The notes under the pieces were generated by a model that was given only the letters and a program-made list of their open reading frames with translations, had not been told where the DNA came from and made no database searches. Made by a program: the position numbers and the translations under genes. Shown piece by piece: positions 1-9,644 of a stretch of 64,000 nucleotides of DNA. Each line of letters opens with the position of its first letter. Position 1 is the stretch's first letter. The DNA lies in the IMG/VR virus record IMGVR_UViG_3300045988_139474, positions 88,908 through 152,907 of that record. One strand, written 5' to 3'. The stretch comes from a virus.

Positions 1-183
1 ATCGTCAATCAAGGTTCTGCGTTCAGGGACACGCTCATCATTGATGGTGATATCAAAGTTGGTCTCAGAGTTGCGAGTTATCGTCAAGCCTTTACCAATG
101 CCTGTTTCGCCGATAGGAATTTGAGCGATAACAGTCAATACCGATTCCAAGTCCAATTCATCAATCTCAATCTTAGCCGTCAT
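1..183 (-). CDS. hypothetical protein, N-terminal part only (gene runs off the left edge)
   Basis: Minus-strand ATG at 183-181, overlapping the 3' end of the RusA-like gene (stop 175-173) by 11 nt. The frame stays open to position 1 (MTAKIEIDELDLESVLTVIAQIPIGETGIGKG...). Confidence 0.4.
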   Translation of the reverse strand, partial: MTAKIEIDELDLESVLTVIAQIPIGETGIGKGLTITRNSETNFDITINDERVPERRTLIDD

Positions 184-589
184 GTCCGTCACCTTTCAGC
201 CATTCGGCCTTATCCATGACCTCAATATCAATGATGATAGTTTCCTCCGATTCTTTCGTCTGCACTTTTCGGCTTTCGATTGCTACCGTCTGACTATCAT
301 CAATCCCTGTTGCTTTCATAATACCGTCCTCAACATACTTAAACATGTTGCTGGTGTCTCTGCGCCAGTAGTTTGTATTGAGCTTGAAAGTCAGGGAAAG
401 CTTGTAGCACTTCTCAGGGTCATCTTTCAAGACATCATTTATCCCCTGACGTTGCAATAGCTCCTTGATTTTGGTTTGCATCTTTACAACGTCAGGGTTC
501 AGATAAATCCATGCCTTCATTCCCTTCTGGCCTAGCTTATGGGCGTTGTTTGTAGATTCGATTTTCGGTAATGTTACGACAAATTTCAT
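173..589 (-). CDS. rusA: RusA-like Holliday junction resolvase
   Basis: 138 aa. The segment RRDTSNMFKYVEDGIMKATGIDDSQ matches the RusA acidic catalytic core (R-D-x-D/S-N-x2-K ... DDSQ). Lies in the replication/recombination block. Confidence 0.65.
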   Translation of the reverse strand: MKFVVTLPKIESTNNAHKLGQKGMKAWIYLNPDVVKMQTKIKELLQRQGINDVLKDDPEKCYKLSLTFKLNTNYWRRDTSNMFKYVEDGIMKATGIDDSQTVAIESRKVQTKESEETIIIDIEVMDKAEWLKGDGHDG

Positions 590-1857
590 GAATTTCCTTT
601 GGCGATTGAGCCCTTATACATAGCCAACTCTGCTTGAGTAATGCTAAGCATTCGGCCTGTTGGGGTCATACGGATAGCTTGAGTGATATCAGACTGGCCA
701 CGACGCATTTTGGCGATATTCATCATACCAATCTTATGATTGCCTGGGTTTCTAACCTTACCAATGGTAATCATGATATCAACGGTATGCTGTTTGCGTG
801 AGGATTCGCCAGCGGAATCTAAGCCCAGAAGCTCCTCACCCCACAAGTGGGATTTCGGCTGAGAAGCAATCATAACCACACGCGCCTTAGCACCTGTTGG
901 TCGGGCAATTTCGGTTGCGCGCTCATAAATCTCACCGCCTGTATGATACATATTGTCAGGGTCAGAGTTGTCAGCCAAGTTTGAGTCATAGTCAATTACA
1001 ACCATATCATACTTGTCTGGTTCTTCCTCCACCAAGTTTTGAATTTCGGCTGAAGTCAGCTTCTTACTAGGCACCAACACCAAATCAATATTCTCAACGG
1101 CCTTTTTAACAGCATCAGTATAGTAGGCAGCTGGGTTCAGAATCACCTCGCTGTACGGCTTATCCAAGACTGACGATGAGATACGCGTGATGAAGTCAAA
1201 GCGTAACAAGTCACCCAAAGCAATATACAACACCCGATAGCCAGCCATTGAAGCATGGACTGACTCTTGAATCATAGCAGCCGTCTTACCTAAGCCAGGG
1301 ACACCCACGACCATAACAACGCTGCCCGGCAGGTATCCACCGAAAGCAGAAGCATTCTTAACAGCGTCAAAGGAAGTCGGCAAGATACGGTCAAGTGTAC
1401 CCAATTCCTCCTCAACCACTTTTGAGGCATCCAAAGATTTCAGCTGAATCACGTCAGTGGCTGGCGACAATTCTTTCGGAATCTCGCTAATCAAATCAAC
1501 CATTCGGTCGATATTCTGACCTTCTGAAGTTACAATGTCGGCGATTCGTTCACGCTTGTAATAGTGAAACATGCCTGACGCCATAGCCCTGACTTGAGGC
1601 TCGGAGTTACAGGCACGGATGTTACTCGCAATCTTAATGAAAGTTTCCAGTTCAGCTGGTACCAATTTATTTGCTAGGACGGCTCGTGTCGATTCTGGCT
1701 CCCACTTACTGAGGTCAAAATTCGATTCCTTCATGAGCGTTTTTGCAACGTCCGTTTTCCATGGGAACGTCTTTACAATGCCTCGCGTCATCCGACTCAT
1801 CATCGGGTTGAACAGCGAAGCCAGAAAGTTCATTTCTGAGTTCAATTCCATACTCAA
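586..1857 (-). CDS. DnaB-like / RecA-fold replicative helicase
   Basis: 423 aa. Walker A GVPGLGKTAA, Walker B-like DMVVIDYDS, RecA-type C-terminal half. Overlaps both neighbouring genes by 4 nt. Confidence 0.55.
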   Translation of the reverse strand: MSMELNSEMNFLASLFNPMMSRMTRGIVKTFPWKTDVAKTLMKESNFDLSKWEPESTRAVLANKLVPAELETFIKIASNIRACNSEPQVRAMASGMFHYYKRERIADIVTSEGQNIDRMVDLISEIPKELSPATDVIQLKSLDASKVVEEELGTLDRILPTSFDAVKNASAFGGYLPGSVVMVVGVPGLGKTAAMIQESVHASMAGYRVLYIALGDLLRFDFITRISSSVLDKPYSEVILNPAAYYTDAVKKAVENIDLVLVPSKKLTSAEIQNLVEEEPDKYDMVVIDYDSNLADNSDPDNMYHTGGEIYERATEIARPTGAKARVVMIASQPKSHLWGEELLGLDSAGESSRKQHTVDIMITIGKVRNPGNHKIGMMNIAKMRRGQSDITQAIRMTPTGRMLSITQAELAMYKGSIAKGNS

Positions 1858-3332
1858 ATGTCCTTAGTTTGTTGTGTTTTCAAGATGAAGTGGTCTTTCA
1901 ACATCTGCATTTTATGCCTCATCTGACGGTTCATTACGCCGTTATGCTTATCATACAGCAAGGCGCATGTTAACTCGGTCGTCCTAGCTGCACGGCCTAC
2001 AGGCTGTACTAAGCCTTTGAACGATACGCTAGTGATGGGGATAACGCTGTTGATGTTAGGAATATCCAAGCCCTCAGTACCCACTTGGTTTGCTATCAAC
2101 ACTCTAAACGCTTTTTGTGCAGCCAAAGCTTTCAGCTGCTCCAATGTCATAGATACCTCGCCAACAGGCGATAACTGAACTTGGGCGGACAAAAAGACTG
2201 TCCGAATGCCCATAAGGTTCAAAGCATTACAGATAGCAGTACCAGTCTCAATTGAAGTCGTCTCAGGTATAAACACGATACCGTCTGGCATATCCCCAAT
2301 AATCCTAGCTAACGTCAATGGGAAGTTAGGGTGCTTCAGGGTACAAGCTCCGATGAACTGAGGTGTTGGAACATCTTTATCAAGGTTTTCGGCCACTACT
2401 TGCTCATACTCAGCCTTGCTGATAATTTCCGCATTGTAGCTTACCAAATTGATAGGCACTTGTAGCTTCACATGGATAAGAGATTCCCCGAAATATTCCA
2501 GCATTGCGAAGTTTTGCTGAGTCAGCTGTTTTCTCAATACTAGGTCAGGTGTCACCTCATGTCCAGACTTAGCGTCAGCTGAGCCAGTGAAGCCATACAG
2601 GAAGTCTGGATTACACGCCTTGATAACCTGTTTCCAAGTATCAGCTGAGGCGTGGTGAGCCTCGTCAGCGATTAGAAGGCCGACATTCGACAATTCATCC
2701 CAGCGTTCAGGCTTGGTAGCAGCTGACTTGACGAAGCCTGTTGGGTGAATCAATTTCACTCGGCTGGTATCAACGTCATACTGCTTCAATCGCAGTTCCA
2801 ATTCCTTCAGCAGGTTCTTGGTAAATGAAATCAGCACAACGTCTTTGTCGTGCTGTTCCAAGTATGATTCTACCAGCGCGGAAATGATAGTTGCTTTACC
2901 ATAACCAACAGCCAGAGACACAATGCCTGAACTCTTCTCTTTCAATAGCGCAGCCGTCTGTAACTGAACTTGGTCGTATCCCATGTCCTTCTTAGGATGA
3001 GACGCAAAGATGCCCAGCCAGCGTTGTGTTATCTCAATTCCTTTGTCGTCAGTCTTTTCACCAACAACCTTATAGGGCATGCCGTTAGCAGACAACACAT
3101 ATTTCAGGGTGCTCAATAGGCCTTTGAAGACATACAGGCATTTATCCTTCAATCTGCTGTCGCGCTTGAGGTAAGCTACATCTTCATCTGCGACAGTCCA
3201 TTTCTTGAGGTGATACAGATACCGTCTGTTTTGTTCCCTCTGGGTGAATATACGCTCGAAGCTATTATATTCCCTGTCTGTCTCAAACTCGATTCTAAGC
3301 TGGCCGTTTTTCAGACACTCAACTGTTATCAT
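1854..3332 (-). CDS. SF2 DEAH-box DNA helicase
   Basis: 492 aa. Motif I-like AVGYGKATII, motif II LLIADEAHHAS, motif VI-like QPVGRAARTT. Confidence 0.75.
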   Translation of the reverse strand: MITVECLKNGQLRIEFETDREYNSFERIFTQREQNRRYLYHLKKWTVADEDVAYLKRDSRLKDKCLYVFKGLLSTLKYVLSANGMPYKVVGEKTDDKGIEITQRWLGIFASHPKKDMGYDQVQLQTAALLKEKSSGIVSLAVGYGKATIISALVESYLEQHDKDVVLISFTKNLLKELELRLKQYDVDTSRVKLIHPTGFVKSAATKPERWDELSNVGLLIADEAHHASADTWKQVIKACNPDFLYGFTGSADAKSGHEVTPDLVLRKQLTQQNFAMLEYFGESLIHVKLQVPINLVSYNAEIISKAEYEQVVAENLDKDVPTPQFIGACTLKHPNFPLTLARIIGDMPDGIVFIPETTSIETGTAICNALNLMGIRTVFLSAQVQLSPVGEVSMTLEQLKALAAQKAFRVLIANQVGTEGLDIPNINSVIPITSVSFKGLVQPVGRAARTTELTCALLYDKHNGVMNRQMRHKMQMLKDHFILKTQQTKDI

Positions 3333-5173
3333 AGCATGTCTCCATATGTGATATCATACTTGTGTTCTCGGTTCTTCGTCAGGCTGCGAATCAGGCCTTT
3401 CTGTACCTTACCTTCAACGCGGAAACCATCATACTCATATGATGCGATTTTCAAGCCTTCGGCTCGTAAGCCCTCGATTGTATGATGGATGAAATCCAAT
3501 TCTTTGCCTTGGCAGTACCATACCAACAGTTTGCTATGAGAATTGAAGATTTCAGAATCCTCTGTAATCACACTTACACCGTTGAAATACATCTTCTTGC
3601 CTGTAAAGCCTGTTACAACTTGACCGTTTTCAAAGATAGCCTCTTGGATGAACTTAGCTCGTTGAGTCGGAGCATCTTGACCCCAAACACGTGTTCTGCG
3701 TTTGATGTAGTCAATTGCGTGAGTATGGATTGCTTCGGATACTCTGCCCCAGTAGTTCACGATACTGTCCCAAACTCTGTCGGCTTGTTCTGCGGAGTCA
3801 GTTGCTTCCCAGATGCGGGTGTAAACTGATGACGTGGCTTTATCTTCCAAGCTTGCGCCCATGAAGATTGCATTGGTACAGTCTTTAAACAACTGATACT
3901 CCACACCGCACAAAGCTGCGATAACACGTTTGTCTTCCAAGTAGTCATCAATCAGCTCAGTTACTGTTCTGCCTCGTTGGTTGTCTTTAACACTAACGAA
4001 TTGGCCATTTTCATCAAACTTGCGTTTCACTTGATAGGCTCGGAAAGCGGTTTTTCTCAACAGCATTGGGTAGGCTGATTTCATGTCCACTTTGGTTGCT
4101 TTAGCAAACAGGTGAGATTTCAGACGGCCTTTGAGTAAGGTCACACTTGAATTGTAAACTCGTCCATAAGCAGTAACAGTCACATCGTCTGCGTTGAAGA
4201 CTTGCAATTTGGTAACATCCGCCTTGACTTTAACAGTCAACGGATTCACTTTCAGACGTTTGATAGCATCAATATCGCCCAAGTTGATATCAGGAATGCT
4301 GTTATCAATCTCAATCTCAGTAAATTGGCCTAAGGCTTCTACCAATTCTTGTTGTTTTCTGAAGCCCTCAGCAGTCAGTACAACACCGTCTTTGATTTGG
4401 CTCAGATGGAACTCGGGTTTGCGGTTTGCATACTCAGTTTCCATATAAACAACTTCAAGATTGTTTGCTTTCCAGATAGCTTTTCGGCTTCTTGGAGATT
4501 CATACACGCGTAAGACTTCTTGAATTGCTTTCCACATGAACTCTACAGGCAGAGCAAGCGCAGCAGGCTTAGCCTCGAATTTCTTGTTGTAGCGTTCAGT
4601 CAAGATGTCTGCATAATATGGGCTGATATGGTCTTCAGCATAAGTGCCCAGGAACAGCGCCAATGAACCCGCAGCCCATTTACAATTGCGGGATACCTCA
4701 TCAGTCGGAGACTGACCGCGACCAGTCAGTACAACACCATCTTCGTCAATCAGGGTTGCACCGTTCAGGCCACCAGCTTGAGCTTGTTGGTTAGCTCGGT
4801 GACCGAAAGATACCAGCCAGTGTTCTTTGTCGAACTGGGCTTGAGTGATTACTCGTTTCAGGCCGTCTATCGTCAAATTGGCCAGGAGTACAGACAGAGG
4901 TGTTTTTGAGTTCAATTTCAGGGTTTTCACACCTTGTTTGATTGCGGATTCAGGCGTGTCCGCATAAACAACTTGAAAATCTGTTCTTGTATCAATGTAG
5001 CCTTGGATTGTCTCACCCAGAGTCACTTTCACTCTACGCATTATCGATTGAGGTAGCATGTTAACCAAGTCAACAATGCTAAACGCAGTATTTTGAGCCG
5101 TTGCGTCGTCAGGTCGGGCGGTGACCTTTGCGGCTTTGAATTCAACATAATTGTTGTGTTTAGCGGTTGACAT
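3329..5173 (-). CDS. large replication-module protein, function unresolved (weak polymerase-like motifs)
   Basis: 614 aa, first gene of the leftward operon, with RBS GAAAGGA upstream. Contains DMKSAYPM and KDCTNAIFMG, which loosely recall the family-B motifs DxxSLYP and KxxxNSxYG. No clear DTD motif C. Confidence 0.5.
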   Translation of the reverse strand: MSTAKHNNYVEFKAAKVTARPDDATAQNTAFSIVDLVNMLPQSIMRRVKVTLGETIQGYIDTRTDFQVVYADTPESAIKQGVKTLKLNSKTPLSVLLANLTIDGLKRVITQAQFDKEHWLVSFGHRANQQAQAGGLNGATLIDEDGVVLTGRGQSPTDEVSRNCKWAAGSLALFLGTYAEDHISPYYADILTERYNKKFEAKPAALALPVEFMWKAIQEVLRVYESPRSRKAIWKANNLEVVYMETEYANRKPEFHLSQIKDGVVLTAEGFRKQQELVEALGQFTEIEIDNSIPDINLGDIDAIKRLKVNPLTVKVKADVTKLQVFNADDVTVTAYGRVYNSSVTLLKGRLKSHLFAKATKVDMKSAYPMLLRKTAFRAYQVKRKFDENGQFVSVKDNQRGRTVTELIDDYLEDKRVIAALCGVEYQLFKDCTNAIFMGASLEDKATSSVYTRIWEATDSAEQADRVWDSIVNYWGRVSEAIHTHAIDYIKRRTRVWGQDAPTQRAKFIQEAIFENGQVVTGFTGKKMYFNGVSVITEDSEIFNSHSKLLVWYCQGKELDFIHHTIEGLRAEGLKIASYEYDGFRVEGKVQKGLIRSLTKNREHKYDITYGDML

Positions 5174-5211
5174 GATTGTCCTTTCACGATTGAGAGGTTA
5201 TTATATCGAAA

Positions 5212-5223
5212 TTTGCTAGCAAA
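5212..5223. promoter_or_regulatory. perfect 12-bp palindrome TTTGCTAGCAAA (operator candidate)
   Basis: Lies 39 bp upstream of the first leftward gene and is flanked by TCGAAA/ATCGA half-sites. Related TTTCGAT/ATCGAAA motifs recur near 5397, 5407, 5450, 6612 and 61903. Confidence 0.35.
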
Positions 5224-5731
5224 ATCGAATGTGCCTCGCCACTGGAATATTGTCTAAGCCAAGCTCCTAGACAAAATTGTAAGTCATTGATTCTGTTCAG
5301 AAGAAAGTTTCAGGCCTTTCGTCTTTCTTCTCGCTTGGGGTGTTCACAATACACAAAGAACGGTAGGATGTAAAAGCGCATTTTCTTTAAAATAATTTCG
5401 ACTTTTTCGATAACTCGTTGTTTTTACTAAGAAGAAAGTTTAAAATATTTTCGATTTTCTTTCCCTGCTGGGGATTAAGGTCAGGGATTGAGGGAAATTT
5501 CAAGCTTCAATCTTCAGGCCTCAAGCTTTCGGCTCGATTCCTCTTGTGATTGAGGGTTATACAGGCTCAAGCCTCGCTCAGGCAGAAGTTTCATGTTTCA
5601 ACAGGTTTGAGGAGGATTCATGACTGATTCCTTCTTATATTTCCACTCTTGCTTGACCACATAGCAGAGCCTTTCATGTTTCAAGTCTCATGTTTGATTG
5701 AGGTAGCAGGGTAATGAATGATTGTTTCATC

Positions 5732-5762
5732 TCTAGCCTGCTACACCACACAAGCAGGCAGA
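5732..5762 (+). repeat. CA-loop hairpin (H-box) copy
   Basis: Stem GCCTGCT/AGCAGGC, loop ACACCACACA, outer pairs TCT/AGA. Confidence 0.7.
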
Positions 5763-5894
5763 CGGTTTAAGCTAGGATTTCACTCAACATCAGGGTTGAG
5801 AATTGAAGATTTCAGCCTCATGGCTTGAGATTTAGGATTCATGATTGTTGAGGGATTGAGAGGGTTTATGATTCATGTTTCAACACTCAATAGT

Positions 5895-6046
5895 AGATTA
5901 TAAGATATATAATACCTGAGGTTGATATTGTATCACATCTATGACATTGAAATCGTATATTTCGTGACTAACTTCTTATTTTCGCAAGGGAATTTTTAGC
6001 CAAAATCCTGTATTTATGTACGGAATCCCAATAGTTACAAGATTCA
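5895..6046 (+). repeat. R-element copy 1
   Basis: TATAAT at 5908-5913; anchor TATCACATCTATGA at 5931-5944; V1 ACTAACTTCTTATTTTCGCAAGGG; V2 CAATAGTTACA. Confidence 0.9.
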
Positions 6047-6284
6047 GCATTCAGCTTCTGTATCCCTGTCAACAGATTTCACCAGTGTTGATTGATTTCG
6101 CCTTTTAGCTTTCTATCCTCTGCTTGACACTCACCCAGACGGTCGGATTTCAGTCAGTCATTACTCATGCTTCAGCAGGGTTGAGTAGGATTCATGATTG
6201 TTACCCCTTCTTCTGCTGACTCAGGCTACAGGCCGTCTAGTTTCATTGCTTCAGCAGTGTTGATAAAGACTGATTCTGTTCCAT

Positions 6285-6316
6285 CTCTAGCTTGCTACGC
6301 TCACACGCAAGCAGAG
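6285..6316 (+). repeat. CA-loop hairpin (H-box) copy
   Basis: CTCT-A-GCTTGC / loop TACGCTCACAC / GCAAGC-AGAG: 10 bp with a 1-nt bulge. Confidence 0.75.
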
Positions 6317-6444
6317 GGTTTCTTATCTCATGTTTCAGCATCATGATTCTCAAATTTCACGATTTCATTCTCATGGCTGATTGAGGATTGAGAGTGAATG
6401 ACTGATTCCTGTTCAACAGCAGATATTAAGTCGGTATCGTTTTC

Positions 6445-6600
6445 TAATTTAATATATATATATATATAACCTGTAGTTTGTTATTGTATCACATCTATGA
6501 CATTGAAATCGTTTATTTCGTGGATAACTTCCTAATCCGCCAAAAGAATTTTTAGCCAAAATCCTGTATTTATGTTCCGATTCCTGTACCCGCCAAGACC
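6445..6600 (+). repeat. R-element copy 2
   Basis: Anchor at 6487-6500. The -10-like box is replaced by (AT)8 at 6452-6467. V1 GATAACTTCCTAATCCGCCAAAAG; V2 TGTACCCGCCAAG. Confidence 0.9.
6452..6467. repeat. (AT)8 dinucleotide microsatellite
   Basis: Read directly. It occupies the position where other copies have ATTAGTNATATAAT. Confidence 0.9.
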
Positions 6601-6826
6601 AGCATAAAAATATCGAAAAATCTTTCCCAATGTTGACTGCCTAAAGACGGTATCCCCTCTGTAAGCGCGGCAAGGCCAATTAACGTAATTTTTTGGTAAC
6701 ACCCTAATATCTATTGATGTATCGCCCTACACGATTTCGCAGAGCGTCGCTGCTAAGTCGTTGATTCTTCACGGGAATGATACAAATGGCCGTCAGTATC
6801 GGCACTATTTACAGGAAGAACTGAAA

Positions 6827-7276
6827 ATGACCAATCAGGTAATAAGTCTAAATTCCAGTTCATTGCCAGCTACCTTGTCTGATATCGACAAGCATTTTGA
6901 TATCGACCAGCTTCAGGTACACCGTATTGCAGCACAGCTGTTGTTGACTAAATTAGCCAACAGGGAAGCTGTACGGCTCGAAAAGCTCGTCAATTTCAGA
7001 GATGCTATTGAAGAGCAGCTATTTGATGAAGACCGCATCGACAAGTTGACTCAGGAAGAGTTGATTGCTTTGCACCAGTTGATATCAAGTAGTGAGAGTC
7101 AGGCATACGGCCAAATTCAGAAAGTTAGCAAAGATGTGAACCTCGAAGAAGTGAAAGTCCATATCAAGATTCTGTCACAGTCAATGAACGATTCCGATAA
7201 TCCAAACCTAGTGGACAACTCAGAAGCCGCAGCTGTAGCACAACGATTGCTGTCGCAAGTGGAAAGTAAGAAGTAG
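6827..7276 (+). CDS. hypothetical protein (small terminase candidate by position only)
   Basis: In-frame ATG at 6827 with RBS AGGAAG. The ORF-track start at 6761 is TTG without an RBS. 149 aa, helical, acidic. Lies upstream of TerL. Confidence 0.45.
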   Translation: MTNQVISLNSSSLPATLSDIDKHFDIDQLQVHRIAAQLLLTKLANREAVRLEKLVNFRDAIEEQLFDEDRIDKLTQEELIALHQLISSSESQAYGQIQKVSKDVNLEEVKVHIKILSQSMNDSDNPNLVDNSEAAAVAQRLLSQVESKK

Positions 7277-7292
7277 TCCAGAAAGAAACATC

Positions 7293-7523
7293 ATGACCCC
7301 GATTAAAAGACAAGCGTGTAATTTGACTGTTGGAAAAGCCGTAACCCTGCCTTCAGGCCGCAGGGCTATCGTGCTTGAGATTCAGACAGAAAGCATTTCA
7401 TTCTGCTATGCTGATGAGGCTGAGCTGTTCTCATTTGAGCTATCCCGAAACAAGTGCATTGAACTGTTCGGCAATACCCCCGAATATCGTGACTACTGGA
7501 CGCCAGCCAATCAAAGAATCTAG
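7293..7523 (+). CDS. hypothetical protein
   Basis: 76-aa ORF packed between neighbours on the operon strand. Confidence 0.5.
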   Translation: MTPIKRQACNLTVGKAVTLPSGRRAIVLEIQTESISFCYADEAELFSFELSRNKCIELFGNTPEYRDYWTPANQRI

Positions 7524-7540
7524 GCCGAAAGGACTGACTC

Positions 7541-9343
7541 ATGAGCCAATCAAGCGAGATTGTAGCATTAGATAACAAGGTGCTATTTGAGATTGCCAAG
7601 AAAGCAGGCTTTAAAGAGGAAGTCCCAACGATTGAGCAATTTATTGATGACCCTTACTATCTTGGCAAAGTGTTGGGTGACGGATTGTATCCTATTTGGC
7701 GAGAAGCAGCCAAGAAGCTGTACCCCAACCCTTACCATTCACCATATGATGAAGTCATTCTATCGGGTGCTATCGGTTTGGGTAAATCGACTATGGCACT
7801 GCTCATCACTTTCTATGACCTTTGCCGAGTCATGTGCTTGGAAGACCCGCATAAGCATTATGACCTAATTTCCTCAACAGTCATCACATTCCCAATGATG
7901 AATGCAACCAAGTCCCTTGCGTCGAAGGTGCTCTGGTCGCAATTCGTGGATTGGGTAGAAGCAAGCCCATTCTTCAAACACCGTGTTGATACCCGCAAGG
8001 GTGCTAAGACCTTCTTCAAAGGCAACATTGATGTTTCGACAGGCTCACGCGGCAGTGACTACTTAGGTCAAGCAACCATCGGTGCAATCTTTTCGGAGAT
8101 TAACGACATGACGGTTGTAGCTGGCCAAGCAGAGGACAACCTTGACACAATCTCCACTCGTAGGGATTCCCGATTTGGCGGTAAAGGTAAGGAAATTCTA
8201 GGACACATCATCCTTGATTCCTCTAACAAGGGCAATCGCTCATTCATTGATGCGCGCCTTGAGGAAAAGGAAAAGAAAGGCTCAACAGGACATATCGTCT
8301 TCAGCTTCTCACACTGGGAAGCAAAATGGCACTTGGGAGGATACTCAGGCAAATTCTTCCAAGTGTACGCAGGCGATGAGTTTATTGACCCTTTCATCAT
8401 TGATGATTCCAATTCCGACATGCTTCCAAACTTGAAGCCTAATCGTATTGTCGATGTCCCTGTTGAGCATAGGGAACAGTTTGAATTCAACATCATCAAA
8501 TCATTACGTGACTTGGCTGGTGTTTCAACTTTCGGCACGGCTTCCTTTATCTCATCCAATGAGGTTCTCAATCGCACGTTCATTCGGCCTAATCCTGTTA
8601 CCAAGGATTTGATAGTGCTAGACTTCTTCAACGACCAGTCATTGCGGGATTACATCGACATCGGGTTGTTGAAGGCGTTATGCGACAAGCCCCGATTCAT
8701 CCATATTGACTTAGGCTTGACTACTGACTCAACAGGTATTGCTTGCTCATACATTGACAGGTACGAAGAGGTGAAAGCTTATGACCCTGTCAAGGGCACT
8801 CAGACGGTAGTTGTTGAGCCAGTATTCGTCAATGAATGGCTGATGGAGATACGGAGCATACCAGGACAGGAAGTCCCAATCCACAAAATCAAGAAATTCA
8901 TTCTTGATGCAAGGGCTGAGGGCTATCCAATTGCTTGCGTTTCAACAGACGGCTTCCAATCAACCAACCTGCGGCAGGATTTACTGTATGCTGGTTTTGA
9001 AGTGAAGCTGATTTCAGTTGACCGAACCAAAGACCCTTACTATCATTTGCGCTCAGCGATTCTCGAAGGCCATGCAACAGCTGTCGCCTCAGAAAAGCTC
9101 AAGCGTGAAATCAGGGAATTGGAAGAGCATGATGACAAGTTTGACCACCCACCACCTCCAGCAGGCTCGAAAGACTTGTCTGACGCATTATGCGGTTCAA
9201 TCTGGTCAGCCAAAGAGAACATGCAGCTAGCAGACAAGACGAAAGTGACCAAGCAACAGGCTGATACATTGCTCAAAGTGTTGGAAAAATCCGCTCCGAA
9301 AGAACAGGCATTCAAAGCTAAATTGATGGGCGGTTACAATTAG
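7541..9343 (+). CDS. terL: terminase large subunit
   Basis: 600 aa. Walker A GAIGLGKST. The C-terminal half has RNaseH-like nuclease acidic motifs (VSTDGFQS, DLSDALCGSIW). Confidence 0.8.
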   Translation: MSQSSEIVALDNKVLFEIAKKAGFKEEVPTIEQFIDDPYYLGKVLGDGLYPIWREAAKKLYPNPYHSPYDEVILSGAIGLGKSTMALLITFYDLCRVMCLEDPHKHYDLISSTVITFPMMNATKSLASKVLWSQFVDWVEASPFFKHRVDTRKGAKTFFKGNIDVSTGSRGSDYLGQATIGAIFSEINDMTVVAGQAEDNLDTISTRRDSRFGGKGKEILGHIILDSSNKGNRSFIDARLEEKEKKGSTGHIVFSFSHWEAKWHLGGYSGKFFQVYAGDEFIDPFIIDDSNSDMLPNLKPNRIVDVPVEHREQFEFNIIKSLRDLAGVSTFGTASFISSNEVLNRTFIRPNPVTKDLIVLDFFNDQSLRDYIDIGLLKALCDKPRFIHIDLGLTTDSTGIACSYIDRYEEVKAYDPVKGTQTVVVEPVFVNEWLMEIRSIPGQEVPIHKIKKFILDARAEGYPIACVSTDGFQSTNLRQDLLYAGFEVKLISVDRTKDPYYHLRSAILEGHATAVASEKLKREIRELEEHDDKFDHPPPPAGSKDLSDALCGSIWSAKENMQLADKTKVTKQQADTLLKVLEKSAPKEQAFKAKLMGGYN

Positions 9344-9644
9344 CTCAAAATCAGCTACCTCACCAATTTCAGGTCAGGTATTGCTTGTTGAGAACAGGGC
9401 GTTATCAGCTGGAATTTACCATCGCTGGGGGATATACCAGCGAGTTATTTCAGTCATCAGAATCCTTGTTTTTGATTGATTTTAAGATTTCAGTCTCATG
9501 GCTGTTAAATCCCTTGTTTTCAGTCTTCAGGCCTCCTGATTTCTTGATTCTTGCTTTCGGGATTCTATCCTGACTGCTTGATTCTTCTCTTCGGGATTCC
9601 GTGAGGGCTGTTTTCAAGGATTCCAGTTTCATGGATTGTTAGTT

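Larger units (their letters stand above)
5174..6826. repeat. coding-free divergent intergenic region carrying repeat modules 1 and 2
   Basis: 1.65 kb with no ORF of 60 aa or more on either strand. Contains R-element copies 1 and 2, CA-loop hairpins and TCATG boxes. Confidence 0.9.

Noticed and set aside
5610-5665. Purine-rich SD-like sequence plus ATG inside the modules. Examples: GAGGAGGATTCATGACTGATTCC at 5610, GAGTAGGATTCATG at 6183, and GTGAATGACTGATTCC at 6405, suggesting tiny genes.
   Set aside because: The downstream frames run from 8 to about 52 codons with unrelated sequences and no conserved stop. The conserved part is the DNA motif (AGGATTCATGAYTG) itself.
6571-6590. tRNA-like T-arm: ATGTTCGGAATCC in the R-element resembles GGTTCGAATCC.
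   Set aside because: The flanking bases cannot form the 5-bp T stem. No acceptor, D or anticodon arms can be drawn in any copy.
6761-6826. Upstream TTG-initiated extension of the first rightward gene (ORF-track start at 6761).
   Set aside because: It has no RBS and a non-ATG start, whereas the in-frame ATG at 6827 has AGGAAG upstream.
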